A stretch of 64,000 nucleotides of DNA from Mobula hypostoma. Its lineage: Eukaryota. The first letter of the stretch is position 1, and every line of letters begins with the position of its first letter. Location: positions 155,498,001 to 155,562,000 of the forward strand of contig NC_086097.1 in NCBI RefSeq assembly GCF_963921235.1, read 5' to 3'. Made by a program: the position numbers and the translations under genes. This document shows, piece after piece, positions 24,032 to 37,522 of this stretch. The notes beneath the pieces are model-generated. The model ran no database searches, was not told the DNA's origin, and was given only the letters and a program-made list of their open reading frames with translations.

Positions 24032-24579
24032 TGAATATGGAATCATGGGAGTAAACTGGTGTAAATTTGTTAAATTCAAACATTACAGAGAAATAACAGT
24101 AATGTTTGATGAGGGAAATGTAGTTTATGTGCAATATAAAGTAACAGGTGAATCAAGTCAAAGTAAATTTATAATCATGGTACAGTACATATACGCCCAT
24201 ATACGAGCTTAAGGTTCATTTTCTTGCAGGCATTTACAGGAAAATAAAGAAATGGAATAGAACTTACAAACAAAATGCATTAACAAGGCCTGGATAGTGA
24301 GAGTCTTTGATGATGGATGCTGCCTTCTTGTGGCAGCACTCCTTAGAAATGTCTCAGTGGTGTGCTCATTGGTATATTGATAAGTCAGGCAGCATCTGTG
24401 AGAAACTCAAAAATGCAAGCAAACTTTAAGCTGCAGGGAGAGTAGGAGGAAGACAGATAGGACAACGTATGAAGCTGTAGGAATCAGGGAAGTGCTGGAT
24501 GGGTGTTTCTTTAACTGGGAGTTTGTAATAAATAGTTTACCACAGGGTCTGGGCAGGAACCTTTGTTGTTTGTAATGTA

Positions 24580-25125
24580 TACCATTATGAGGGACTGAGG
24601 GTTCCTTCGGTCAAGGTCGGCCATGGATGTTGCGTCCTGTCTAGATATGCAGGCCTGGGCAGTACGATATGGAGAGCAAGCTGTGCCTATGAAGCAAGCA
24701 CCGCACATCTGCTGAGCACAAAGGAACGGCAGAGACTAATACAGTTTGCTACCAATATCATCATTGGAAATTGCCAGTCAGCATTGAACTTAACATTAGC
24801 CTGCTTTAGGGTCTCCAGCTCCGAATTTTTCCCTCGCTGTTTACTCCCAAAGCTTTCCCCTTGAGTGAGTATAGCCACCAGGCAGCAGAGGTTTGAGAGC
24901 AATTTTCCTTCTCCTTGATGAGCTACCAATCACAGCTGACAAGACTCATCTGCGACTGGTTTTAAGGTCCTTTACACCTTCTGTCAGTAAAAACTGTTCC
25001 GTCAGGCTTTGCAGTTAAGACACGTGAAGGCTGGGAGCTGGGCTTGGTTGTCAGAAGCTATTTGATGTGTATGCCATTGGGAGCATTTAATAGGCAGTGG
25101 AAGCTTGTCCCTATGACCATCCCTG
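24580..25125 (-). mobile_element. RTE-related short element (probable SINE)
   Basis: GCAGATGAGTCTTGTCAGC...GGAGAAGGAAAA resembles an RTE 5' UTR motif (from memory); absent from copy B. Confidence 0.45.
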
Positions 25126-25983
25126 TCTACAATAACCTTCAGGAACCATATCAATGTAAGTGATGTCACTCCTAAGTTTGCTTAAAACATAAACGGTGGT
25201 AGAATCAGAGGTAGTAAGAAAGATCATCCAAAGATGCAGAGGGATATAGGGTGGGTAGTGTGTAGAGCAGTGGGAGCATTTGATGGCTCTCGGACTGTAC
25301 TCACTGCAGTTTGGAAGAATAAGGAGAGATCTCATTAAAACCTATCGAATATTGAAAAGCTGAGATAGACTTAACTTGGAAAGGCTGTTTCCAATAGTGG
25401 GAGAGTCTTAGACCAGTTGGCACAGACACAGAAAAGAATAGTCCCTTTAGGAGGGAAATGCGAAGGAATTTTTTTGGCCTGCGATGGTGAATCTGTGGAA
25501 TCCATTGCCACAGACAGCTGTAAGAGGACAATCATTGGGTATATTTTAAACAGAGGTTGATAGGTACTTGATTAATAAGGCTGTCAGAAGTTACAGAGAG
25601 AAGGCAGGAGAATGGGGTTTGAAGAGACAATAAATTACCCATGATGGAATGCTGGAGCCGACTCAATGGGCTGAATGGCCTAATTCTGCTCCTGCTTTGT
25701 GTGGACATGTGTTCCATCCCAGCAGGAAGCCTTGAAGCCATCGTTTGGCAAGGGGAGCTGGCTCAAATTGCTCAGGGAACTCAGCAGATCAGGCAGCAGC
25801 TGCAGAAGGGAGTAAACAGTCAATGTTTCAGTTCGAGGCTCTTCATCAGGACTTTTAATTCCTCTCCTTTGATGCTGCCTGACCTGCTGAGTTCCTCAAG
25901 CATTTTTTGTGCACTATTTTGAATCTCCAGCATTTACAGAATCTCTTGTCTTTACATTCCAACAAACCATTTTCCTTTTGCAG

Positions 25984-26100
25984 GCTCCACATTCATCCAG
26001 AACAATGCTCAACAACTGAGCAGGATTTACCTGGTGGTCTGGAGGACAGACTCCTCTAACTATTCCGCTATTGACATGTGGAACGCCAACTGCCAGATAG
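25984..26100 (+). pseudogene. PLC-delta exon: Y-box core
   Basis: AG/GT; 117 nt; LSRIYLVVWRTDSSNYSAIDMWNANCQI. Confidence 0.93.
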
Positions 26101-27099
26101 GTAAACCTGCTGCCTTCATTTCCAGCTCATTCCTTTCGACATCTGACCCTTCCCTGCCTGTCATTGGTCAATTGAAGTGTCCATCTTGGGCTGCCCCACC
26201 TCCCTGCATCGTAAAGTAGGCTCTGATTAGATCACTCATGCTCGTCTGTCAAATGAATCAGCTGACTTCATCGAATGTAAATTTGTAAATATGTAAATTA
26301 TGTAAATTCAGATTAACATGTTGTATCAACAATAAGCATAATGATGTTAGCCCAAGAAGAGAAATATTGTCTGAGACAGAACAAAAGTTCATGAACCTGA
26401 TGGCAGTCAAAGATTATGGAGAAGGCAGGAGAAAGGGGTTGAGAGGAATAATAAATCAGCATGATGAAATATCGAACCACACTTAATGGGTCCTATGGCC
26501 GAATTCTGCTTCTATGTAATATGGCCATTTGGTCTCAGTGGGAAGAAGCTTCCAGAATATAGAAAGTACAACATGGCACAGTCCCTTGGCCCTGACATTG
26601 TTACAACCTTTTAATTAGTCTAAGGTCAACCTAATACTTCCCTCACACAGAGACTTCCAGTTTTCCATCATCCATGTATCTAAAAGTCTCTTAAATGTCC
26701 CTAATGCATCTGCCTCTACCACCTCCCCTAGAAGCACATTCCATGCACTCACCATTCTTTGTTCAGAAAAAAAAAGTGTCTGATATCACCTCTATGCATT
26801 CCTTCAATCATATAAACTGATGTCCCCCTGTTGTTGAACCAGGAGCTGTGCTGTCTTCTGGCTCGTTTACCCTCTGCCTTATGGCAGCATTGAGAAAAGG
26901 GAGTGGCCTGGATGGTGTGGATTTTGGTCCCTGATCTTGACCTTAAAAGGAGGGCTGGGAGTTCTCCCTTGGGGGTGCAAATTCAGCTGGTCATCACTGG
27001 GGTTAAGAGGTCAAAAGTATTCAGGATGGATACTTTTGGAGTCTTTTGGATCGGGACTACAGAGCGCCATGGGAGCTGAATTCTGAAGGAAGGCAGTTT

Positions 27100-29762
27100 T
27101 TTTAAAAACTTCTTCGAGTGCAAGAAGGATGAGACTGCACAGGTGCGTGATGTCAACAGGACAGCGCGGAGAGTTTAAAAAGGAGACCACCCTATACAGC
27201 GGGCAGCTGTCAGAGCGGGCAGCGGAGTGAGTGGGAGCAGAGTGTAGGGCTTTGGCTTCAACGGGCTTCGGCGGTAAACAGGAAGAGGCGAGAGCAAAGC
27301 ACCAACTCTTTTTTTTTCTCCCCCCCCGCTTCGCGAATCGGCCTGGACAGACAGGAACAGCAGGGCTCTCACAGCTAATGATTTAAAAAGTTCCTCTGTT
27401 TAGCGAGGTACGTGGGTGAGTAGACTTATTTTTCCTGTTTCATTCCTGTAGAATTAGATAGCATGCCTGCAGGGTTAGTGCTTTGTTCAGGGTGTCAGAT
27501 GTGGGAATCCTGGGAGACCTCCAGCCTCCCTGATGGCCACATCTGCACCAAGTGCACGGAGATGCAGCTCCTCAGAGACCGTGTTAGGGATCTGGAGCTG
27601 CAGCTTGATGACCTACTGCTTATCAGGGAAAGTGAAGAGGTGATAGACAGGAGCTACAGGGAGGTAGTCATCCCTAGGCTACAGGGGTCAGAAAACTGGG
27701 TCACTGTCAAGAGAGGGAAGGGAAATGCCTGGATAGTGGAGAGCACCCCTGTGACTGTCGCCCTCAGCAACAAATATCTTGTTCTGGATGCTGTTGAGGG
27801 GGATGATCTGATAGGGTATCTACAATGAGCCTGGCGCTGTTGTGCAGGAGGGAAGGAGGGAGAAGAGAAATGTGGTAGTCGTAGGGGATTCCATAGTCAG
27901 GGGAACAGACAGGAGATTCTGTGACACACATCAAAGTTGCTGGTGAACGCAGCAGGCCAGGCGGCATCTGTAGGAAGAGGTGCAGTCGACGTTTCAGGCC
28001 GAGACCCTTTGTCAGGACCCTTCGACAGATTCTGTGAGCCTGATAGAGATACCCACATGGTGTGTTGCCTCCCAGGTGCCAGGGTACGGGATGTCTCGGA
28101 TCGGGTCCTGAATATTCTGAAGGGGGAGGGTGAGCAGCCAATTACGACAGAGGAAGTACTCAGGAAGCTGAATAGTTTAAAGGTAGATAAATCTCCCGGA
28201 CCAGATGGAATGCACCCGCGTGTTTTGAAGGAAGTAGCTGTAGAGAATGCGGAGGTATTAGCGATGATCTTTCAAAAGTCGATAGATTCTGGCATGGTTC
28301 CGGAAGACTGGAAGATTGCAAATGTCACTCCGCTATTTAAGAAGGGGGCAAGGAAACAAAAAGGAAATTATAGACCTGTTAGCTTGACATCAGTGGTTGG
28401 GAAGTTGTTGGAGTCGATTGTCAAGGATGAGATTACAGAGTACCTGGAGGCATATGATAAGATCGGCAGAACTCAGCATGGATTCCTTCAAGGAAAATTC
28501 TGCCTGACAAACCTATTACAATTTTTTGAGGAAATTACCAGTAGGCTAGACAAGGGAGATGCAGTGGATGTTGTATATTTGGATTTTCAGAAGGCCTTTG
28601 ACAAGGTGCCACACATGAGGCTACTGAACAAGATAAGAGCCCATGGAATTACAGGAAAGTTACATACGTGGATAGAGCGTTGGCTGTTTGGCAGGAAACA
28701 GAGAGTGGGAATAAAGGGATCCTATTCTGGTTGGCTGCCGGTTACCAGTGGTGTTCCACAGGGGTCCGTGTTGGGGCCGCTTCTTTTTACATTGTCCATC
28801 AACGATTTGGATTATGGAATAGATGGCTTTGTGGCTAAGTTTGCTGACGATACGAAGATAGGCAGAGGAGCCGGTAGTGCTGAGGAAACGGAGGGTCTGC
28901 AGAGAGACTTGGATAGATTGGAAGAATGGGCAGAGAAGTGGCAAATGAAGTACAATGTTGGAAAGTGTATGGTTATGCACTTTGGCAGAAGAAATAAAGG
29001 GGAAGACTATTATTTAAATGGGGAAAGAATTCAAAGTTCAGAGATGCAACGGGACTTGGGAGTCCTCGTACAGGATACCCTTAAGGTTAACCTCCAGGTT
29101 GAGTCAGTAGTGAAGAAGGCAAATGCAATGTTGGCATTCATTTCTAGAAGAATAGAGCATAGGAGCAGGGATGTGATGTTGAGGCTCTATAAGGCGCTGG
29201 TGAGACCTCACTTGGAGTACTGTGGGCAGTTTTGGTCTCCTTATTTAAGAAAGGATGTGCTGACGTTGGAGAGGGTAGATTCAGGAGAATGATTCCGGGA
29301 ATGAGAGGGTTAACGTATGAGGAACGTTTGTCTGCTCTTAGACTGTATTCCTTGGAGTTTAGAAGAATGAGGGGAGACCTCATAGAAACATTTCGAATGC
29401 TGAAAGGCATGGACAGAGTGGATGTGGCAAAGTTGTTTCCCATAATGGGGGGGGTCCAGTACGAGAGGGCATGACTTAAGGATTGAAGGGCGCCCATTCA
29501 GAACAGAAATGCGAAGAAATTTTTTTAACCAGAGGATGGTGAATCTGTGGAATTTGTTGCCACAGGCAGCAGTGGAGGCCAAGTCATTGGGTGTATTAAG
29601 GCAGAGATTGATAGGTATCTGAGTAGCCAAGGCATCAAAGGTTATGGTGAGAAGGCGGGGGAGTGGGACTAAATGGGAGAATGGATCAGCTCATGATAAA
29701 ATGGCGGAGCAGACTCGATGGGCCAAATGGCCGACTTCTGCTCCTTTGTCTTATGGTCTTAT
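27100..29762 (+). mobile_element. CR1 LINE with 5' UTR and ORF1 (Zn finger, leucine zipper, SGNH esterase) joined directly to ORF2 RT
   Basis: CSGCQMWE...CTKC...LELQLDDL; VVGDSIVRG; CCLPGARV; then KSPGPDG...FADDTK from 28141. Confidence 0.9.
27925..28026 (-). mobile_element. 102-bp Penelope 3'-end insert carrying the hammerhead motif
   Basis: Matches about 9525-9620 reversed; TSD AGATTCTGTGA at 27914-27924 and 28027-28037. Confidence 0.85.
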
Positions 29763-29975
29763 GATTCCTCTCAGGCCTTTCTCAGTGATCCCTCCTATCT
29801 CGTGTACCCCATTGCCAAAGGGGACAGACAAATATGAGGTAATGCACTTTGGGAGCTCAAATTGTGGTTGAATTTACAGAGTAAATGGCACAGTCCTCAG
29901 GAGTGTTGACGTACAGAAGGACGTCAAGGTGCAAATCCAATGCTCCCCGACAGAAGTGGAGAGGGTGGTGAATAA

Positions 29976-30650
29976 TGAGTGTGTATCAAGCTTCAAATTC
30001 CTTGGTGTCCACATTTCTGAGGATCTCACCTGGTCCCTGAACTCTTCCATCCTGATCAAAAAGGCGCAACAGCACCTTTATTTCCTGCGGAGCGTGAAGA
30101 AAGCTCACCTCTGTCCCAGGATACTGACAGACTTTTACCGCTGTACCATTGAGAGCATACTCACCAACTGCATCTCAGTGTGGTATGGCAATTGTCCTGT
30201 ATCGGACCGCAAAGCACTCCAGCGTGTGGTGAAAACTGCCCAGCGGATTATCGGCACCCAATTGCCCACCATTGAGAACACCTACCATAAACACTGCCTG
30301 GACGGTGAAAGGCATTATCAGGGATTCATCTCACCCTAATCATGGACTTCTTACTCTCCTCCCATCAGGTAGGCGCTACAGGAGCCTCCGCTCCCCCACC
30401 AGCAGGCACAGGAAGAGCTTCTTCCCTGAGGCTGTGACACTGCTGAACCTCTCATCACAGCGCTAAGCAGTATTGCATCCATATTGTACTGTCTCAGTAC
30501 TTCTGTATTTGTGTACTGTAGCACTTTATTCGCAGTTATTTTGTAAACACTATTCTTTGCTTTTCTGGTCAGATACTAAATGCATTTCATTGGCTTTGTA
30601 TCTGTACTTGGCATAATGACAATAAAGTTGAATCTAATCTAATCTAATCT
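29976..30650 (+). mobile_element. Rex1/Babar LINE 3' fragment
   Basis: FKFLGVHISEDLTWS...FYRCTIESILT; (AATCT)n tail; possible TSD AATAA; empty site in copy B near 56260. Confidence 0.9.
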
Positions 30651-31209
30651 AATAAATCATTATGCTTGCCTTCATAGCCAAGGCATTGAGTGTAAATACT
30701 GACTGTCATGTTCCTGACTGGCTCTCCCACCACCTCACCCAGCATTCCTTTATCCCTTTAGGGCCACCTTCCCTCACTCCATCCTCCACCCGCTCAAAGC
30801 ACACACATGCATACATGCAGTCAACGCGCTCACACATATTCAGTCATGGATGCAACCTCTTACCCGAGTCTCTGACTCTCTTCCCTCTCCTCCTAGTTTT
30901 CATGCCTCCCAGAATCACTAACTCAGAGAAGGGAGACTTCTGTAAAGTATTAATGCCCCCCATTCGCTGGTTTTGGATGGGAATCTTAACCAGCCTTGGA
31001 TACTCACCCAGAGTTTGCCTGTAAATTCCCCATACCTCCCGAAACACCCTTGCCTAACACCAATGCATTTCCTGATCGGATTGCATCCACAATTTCAAAG
31101 AGCCTTTAATCGGGAGATTGTTCAGGCCCTAATTGATACTAACATCCTCGTTATCTGCGGATAGACAACAAATAAGAGGTGATAATAAGTTTGTAAATAT
31201 CTTGTCATT

Positions 31210-31210
31210 T

Positions 31211-31273
<63 letters not shown>

Positions 31274-31294
31274 CTCTCTCTCACTCTCACACAC
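31210..31294. repeat. (TC)n/(CA)n microsatellite
   Basis: Direct reading. Confidence 0.95.
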
Positions 31295-31879
31295 TTAAGG
31301 TGAGAGGCTTTTCGATAGGCACATGAATGTGCAGGGAATGGAAAGATATGGATGTTGTGCAGCCAGAAAGGATTAGTTTAGTTAGCATTAAATTTCTAGT
31401 TTAAATAATTAAAAAATGTTGTGCGGCACAGTGATGTAGCAGATAACGTAACACTTTTTAGCACAAGCTGTCAGGTTGCGGTCCATTTTCTGGCAATGTC
31501 TCTGACAACTTTGTACGTTCTTATCACCACATGGATTTCCTCCTGGTGCTCCAATTTCCCCCCACATTCCAAAGATGTTTGGCTTACGATTAGTAAATTG
31601 TGAGCATGCTAATTTGGCACCAGAAACATGGCACGCTCTAGACTGTCCTCGGACTGCTGGTTGTTGACACAAACAACGCATTTCTCTGTGTGTTTTGAAA
31701 TACATGTGACAAGTAATGCTCATCTTCTTTCTAACATCAGCACAGCATTGTGGGCTGAAACGCCTTTACTGTCCTGTACTCTTCCATGTTCCCTGATTGT
31801 TAATTTCAACCGGTCGTCAAATAACTGAAGTTACTGTTGGACCACTTGGCTCTCACATCATGTCCTTGACAATCCTCAG

Positions 31880-32015
31880 GTCATCTCTGCCCAGCAACTC
31901 CCTAAATCAAACATGGTGGAACACAGCTCAGTGGTGGACCTGCTTGTGAAGGTGCAGGTTTTTGGAGTTGGACAAGACAATGGGCAGAAAGTGACGTCAG
32001 ATGTTTCCAACAATG
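31880..32015 (+). pseudogene. PLC-delta exon: C2 domain, first part
   Basis: AG/GT; VISAQQLPK...VDLLVKVQVFGV...NNG. Confidence 0.93.
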
Positions 32016-32265
32016 GTAAGTATGGAGTCATTCCAGCATGGCGGGGGGTGGGGGTGAATGGTAGTTGGTGGGTCCAGGTCCAACTCCTTTCAGCACTGTG
32101 TAATGTGACCAGGTCTTTGTATTCAGAGTAGTTTTGGGCCGCATATCTATGAAATTATGTGCTGGCATTGGAGAGGATTCAGATAGGTGTAGATATACAG
32201 CTGAACCTTGACCTGAGGTGTTAGCCTTCCTACTTTGCGCCATCCGTTTGTGAAGTGAACAAAGA

Positions 32266-34489
32266 ACCTAGAATAGTACAGCACAGTACAGGCCCTTCGG
32301 CCCACAATGTTGTGTTGACCCTTAAACTCTGCCTCCCATATAACCCCCACCTTAAATTCCTCCATATACCTGTCTAGTCGTCTCTTAAATTTCACCACTG
32401 ACTCAGGCAGTGCATTCCACGCACCAACCACTCTCTGAGTAAAAAACCTTACTCTAATATCCCTGTGAACTTCCCACCCCTTACCTTAAAGCCATGTCCT
32501 CTTGTATTGAGCAGTGGTGCCCTGAGGAAGAGGCGCTGGCTGTCCACTCTATCTATTCCTCTTAATATCTTGTATACCTCTATCATGTCTCCTCTCATCC
32601 TCCTTCTCTCCAAAGAATAAAGTCCTAGCTCCCTTAATCTCTGATCATAATGCATATTCTCTAAACCAGGCAGCATCCTGATAAATCTCCTCTGTACCCT
32701 TTCCGATGCTTCCACATCCTTCCTATAGTGAGGTGACCAGAACTGGACACAGTACTCCAAGTGTGGCCTAACCAGAGTTTTATAGAGCCGCATCATTACC
32801 TCGCAATTCTTAAAATCTGTCCCTCGACTTATGAAAGCTAACACCCCATAAGCTTTCTTAACTACCCTATCCACCTGTGAGGCAACTTTCAGGGATCTGT
32901 GGACATGTACCCCCAGATCCCTCCGCTCCTCCACACTACCAAGTATCCTGCTGTTTACTTTGTACTCTGCCTTGGAGTTTGTCCTTCCAAAGTGTACCAC
33001 TTCACACTTCTCTTGGTTGAACTTCATCTGCCACTTCTCAGCCCACTTCTGCATCCTATCAATGTCTCTCTGCAATCTTTGACAATCCTCTATACTATCT
33101 ACAATACCACCAACCTTTGTGTCGTCTGCAAACTTGCCAACCTACCCTTCTACCCCCACATCCAGGTCATTTTATAAAAATCACGAAAAGTAGTGGTCCT
33201 AGAACCGATCCTTGTGGGACACCACTAGTCACAATCCTCCAATCCGAATGTACTCCCTCCACCACCATCCTCTGCCTTCTACAGGCAAGACAATTCTGAA
33301 TCCACCTGGCCAAACTTCCCTGGATCTCAGGCCTTCTGAATAAGCCTACTGTATGGAACCTTGTCAAATGCCTTACTAAAATCCATATAGATCACATCCA
33401 CTGAACTACCCTCATCTATGTGCCTGGTCACCTCCTCAAAGAACTCTGTCAGGCTTGTTAGGCCTGTCCCTGATTAGACCATGATTGTCTAAATGCCCAT
33501 AGATCCTATCTCTAAGAATCTTTTCCAACAGCTTTCCCACCACAGATGTAAGGCTCATGGTCTATAATTACCCGGACTATCCCTACTACCTTTTTTTTTG
33601 AACAAGGGGACAACAGTTGCCTCCCTCCAGTCCTCCGGAACCATTCCCATGGACAACAAGGACATAAAAATCCTAGCCAGAGGCTCAGCAACCTCTTCCC
33701 TCGCCTCGTGGAGCAGCCTGGGGAATATTCCGTCAGGCCCCGGGGACTTATACGTCCTAATGTATTTTAACAACTCCAACAACTCCTCTCCCTTAATATC
33801 AACATGCTCCAGAACATCAGCCTCACTCATATTGTCCTCACCATCATCAAGTTCCCTCTCATTGGTGAATACCGAAGTGAAGTATTCATTGAGGACCTCG
33901 CTCACTTCCACAGCCACCAGGCACATCTTCCCACGTTTATCTCTAGTTGGTCCTACCTTTACTCCTGTCATCCTTTTGTTCTTCACATAATTGAAGGATG
34001 CCTTGGGGTTTTCCTGTACACTACTCGCCAAGGCCTTCTCATGCCCTCTTCTTGCTCTCCTCAGCCCCTTCTTAAGCTCCTTTCTTGCTACCCTATATTC
34101 CTCAATAGACCCATCTGATCCTTGCTTCCTAAACCTCATATATGCTGCCTTCTTCCACCTGACTAGATTTTCCACCTCAGTTGTCACCCATGGTTCCTTC
34201 ACCCTACCATTCTTTATCTTCCTCACTGGGCCAAATTTATCCCTAACATCCTGCAAGAGATCCCTAAACATCGACCACATGTCCATAGTACATTTCCCTG
34301 CAAAAACATCATCCCAATTCACACCCGCAAGTTCTAGCCTTATAGCCTCATAATTTGCCCTTCCCCAATTAAAAGTTTTCCTGTCCTTTCTGATTTTATC
34401 CTTTTCCATGATAATGCTGAAGGCCAGAGAACGGTGGTCACCGTCCCCCAGATGCACATCCTTTGAGAGATCTGTGACCTGACCCGTTT
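32266..34489 (-). mobile_element. CR1 LINE ORF2 fragment, same subfamily as 14635-16452
   Basis: Peptides nearly identical to the + strand copy. Confidence 0.95.
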
Positions 34490-34694
34490 GCATATCTACT
34501 CTGAAGATAACAGTGTGTACATTTTGGACAGGGAAGACTGTTGGTTTGAAAGAGGAGTTAAAGAAGCCACCTTTGTCAAACTGGAAAACTCATCCCTGAT
34601 CCTAACTTCTCTACCCCGGCGTCTCCACAGCAGTTCACACCACCATTCATGCAAAGATTAGACAAATGACCCTCTCATTACCTCTAAGACTTTT

Positions 34695-35725
34695 AATAGA
34701 CAATAGACAATAGGTGCAGGAGTAGGCCATTCAGCCCTTCGTGCCAGCACCAGCATTCACTGTGATCATGGCTGATCATCCACAATCAGTATCCAGTTCC
34801 TGCCTTATCGTCATATCCCTTCACTCCGCTATGTTTAAGAGCTCTATCTAACTCTTTTTTGAAAGAATCCAGAGAATTGGCCTCCACTGCCTTCTGAGGC
34901 AGAGCATTCCACAGAACTGCAACCCTCTGTGTGAAAAAGTTTTTCGTCAACTCCGTTCTAAATTGTCTACCCCTTATTCTTAAACTGTGGCCTCTGGTTC
35001 TGGACTCCCCCAACATCAGAAACATGTTTCCTGCTCTAGCATGTCCAATCCTTTAATAATCTTATACATTTCAATCAGATCCCCTCTCATCCTTCTAAAT
35101 TCCAGTGTATACAATCCCAGTCACTCCAATCTTTCAACATATGATAGTCCCGCCATCCCAGGAATTAACCTTGTGAACCAACACTGTACTTCCTCAATAG
35201 CTAGAATGTCCTTCCTCAAATTTGGAGGCCAAAACTGCATACAATATTCCAGGTGTGGTCTCACCAGGGCCCTGTACAACTGCAGAAGGACCTCTTTGCT
35301 CTTATGCTCAATTCCCCTTGTTATGAAGGCCAGCATGCCATTAGCTTTCTTCACTGCCTGCTGTACCTGCATGCTTACTTTCAGTGACTGATGAACAAGG
35401 ACACCTAGATCTCGTTCTACTTTCCCTTTTCCTAACTTGACTCCATTCAGATAGTAATCTGCCTTCCTGTTCTTGCTACCAAAGTGGATAACCTCACCTT
35501 TATCTACATTAAACTGCATCTGTCATGCACCTGCCCACTCACCCAACCTATCCAAGTCACCTTGCATTCTCATAACATCCTCCTCACATTTCACACTGCC
35601 ACCCAGCTTTGTGTCATCTGCAAATTTGCTATTGTTACTTTTAATCCCTTCATCTAAATCATTAATGTATATTGTAAACAGCTGCTGTCCCAGCACCAAG
35701 CCTTGCAGTACCCCACTGGTCACTG
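34695..35725 (-). mobile_element. CR1 LINE 3' fragment
   Basis: KFADDTKLGG, LVRPHLEYC; (TTGTCTA)n tail. Confidence 0.92.
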
Positions 35726-36414
35726 ATGACCCTCATGTGATTGCTATACAGAGTTTATAAGCCAGAACACTACCCACCATGGATCAGAACTGAAGAAGCC
35801 CCTCAGATGAGTGGCAAAACAGTTTGAAGACAACATAGCAAGTCCAGTTGCCTTGATTTACTACGATGACCTGGATGACTGAATACCTTCATAGACATAT
35901 TACAAATTTATAAAAGTCTGGTTAGGCCACATTCTGAAGTATTGCATACAGTTCTAATTGGATAGGAAGGATATTGAGGCTTTGGAGAGGGTGCAGAAGA
36001 GGTTTACCAGGATGTTGCCTGGTTTAGAGGGCAAGAGGCTGGATTAATTTGCATAGTTTTTTTCTGGAGTGCTGGAGGCTGATGAGAGATCGGATAGAGG
36101 TTTACAAGATTATAAAAATCATAGGTAGAGTACGAAGAGATTATCTGTTTCCCATGATTGAAATGTTTAATACCAGCAGGGCATGCATTGAATGTAAGGG
36201 GGTAGAGAGTTGTGGATCCTGGAAAGGTAGCAGAGGTAAATATAGGTTTTTAAGAGATGTTTGGCTAGGGACATGGATTTAAAGAAGATGGAGAGGTATG
36301 GAGAAGGGATTAGTGTTTAGCCATTTTTGATTTGCTTTTTACCTCGTTTGACCCAACATTGTGGGTTGAATGGCTTGTCCCTATGTTGTTCTGTTCTATG
36401 TTCTGTGTTCTTCT

Positions 36415-37255
36415 GCTTTAATCTCCTTCCTAACGTTTATTCCTGCAAGCGGCCAAAGTGCTACACCTACCCATTCACCTCCATTCAGGTCCTGAAACAG
36501 TCCTTCCAGGTGAGGCAGCACTACCTGTGAACTTGTTCTGTTCACCTGCTGTTACTCGTGCTCTTAATGCAGCCTCTACATTGGTGGGATCCATCGTAGA
36601 TTGGGGAACTGTTTGGTCAAGTACCTCTGCTCCATCCACAAAAAGCAGAATTTATTAGTGGCCAACTATTTTAATTCCTACCGCCATTTCTGTTCTGACA
36701 TGTTGATCCCTGGCTTCCCTTTTCTGTCATGATTGGGACGCCATCTTCAGATTGGTGGAACAACACATCTTATTCTGTTTTGCTAGCCTCCAATATGATG
36801 TCACGAAGATCGATTTTCCATGTTCTGATAATGTTTTCCCTTCTTCCTTCCCTCTTCTTCAATTTCCCACTCTGGTCTTTTACCTCTTCTCACCTGCCAA
36901 TTATATCTCACCCCCCCACCCCCCCAAGTGCCCCTACTTCATCCTTTTTTCCCCCATGGTTCACTCCCACTCCGATCAGACTCCTTCTCCTCCAGCCCTT
37001 TGCCTTTTCCACCTATCGCTTCCCAGCTTCTTAATTTATCCCCATACCCCAACCACCTTTCTAATCCTATAGCTTGACCTTCTTCCCCTGCCATTACTTT
37101 ATTATTCTGGCATCTCCCCCCTTCTTTTGCAGTCCTGATAAAGGGTCTCGAATCGACCCGAAATACTGACTTTATTTATTTCCATGCCTGACCCGCTGAG
37201 TTCCTCCAGCATTTTGCATGTATTGCTCTGGATGTCAGTATCTACAGAAACTCTT
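36415..37255 (+). mobile_element. Degenerate Penelope 3' remnant related to 7016-9659
   Basis: KCYTYP...KQSFQVR; pyrimidine-rich UTR; decayed hammerhead at about 37130-37170. Confidence 0.75.
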
Positions 37256-37372
37256 GTATTTATATTTGCAATATTATATCTGAGCCAGTGTTGTCTGGAT
37301 TTGAACACACGTTATATTGGAGGTGTTAGTGTTATTGTTGTGTCTGATATGTCTTTCCCTTCACTGTTTCCG

Positions 37373-37522
37373 GCTTCAGCCCCGTGTGGAACACAACCTC
37401 CCAGTTCACTGTGTCCGTGCCTGAGCTGGCTTTTGCTCGCTTCCTGGTGCAGGACTATGACAGCTCCTCGAAGACTGACTTCATCGGACAGTTCACGCTG
37501 CCATTCACCAGCTTACAGCTAT
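37373..37522 (+). pseudogene. PLC-delta exon: C2 domain, second part
   Basis: FSPVWN...VPELAFARFLVQDYDSSSKTDFIGQFTLPFTSL; acceptor mutated AG>CG. Confidence 0.93.

Larger units (their letters stand above)
32180..35885 (+). mobile_element. Penelope (Poseidon-type) GIY-YIG/3' remnant in three pieces: 32180-32265 (-), 34490-34690 (+), 35726-35885 (+)
   Basis: LHKRMAQ...SAVYLHL on minus; EDNSVYILDREDCWFERGVKEA on plus; CTGAAGAAG hammerhead-like tail. Confidence 0.65.

Noticed and set aside
27937..29292. 451-aa ORF as a novel gene
   Set aside because: Chimera of a Penelope insert, CR1 ORF1 and CR1 RT
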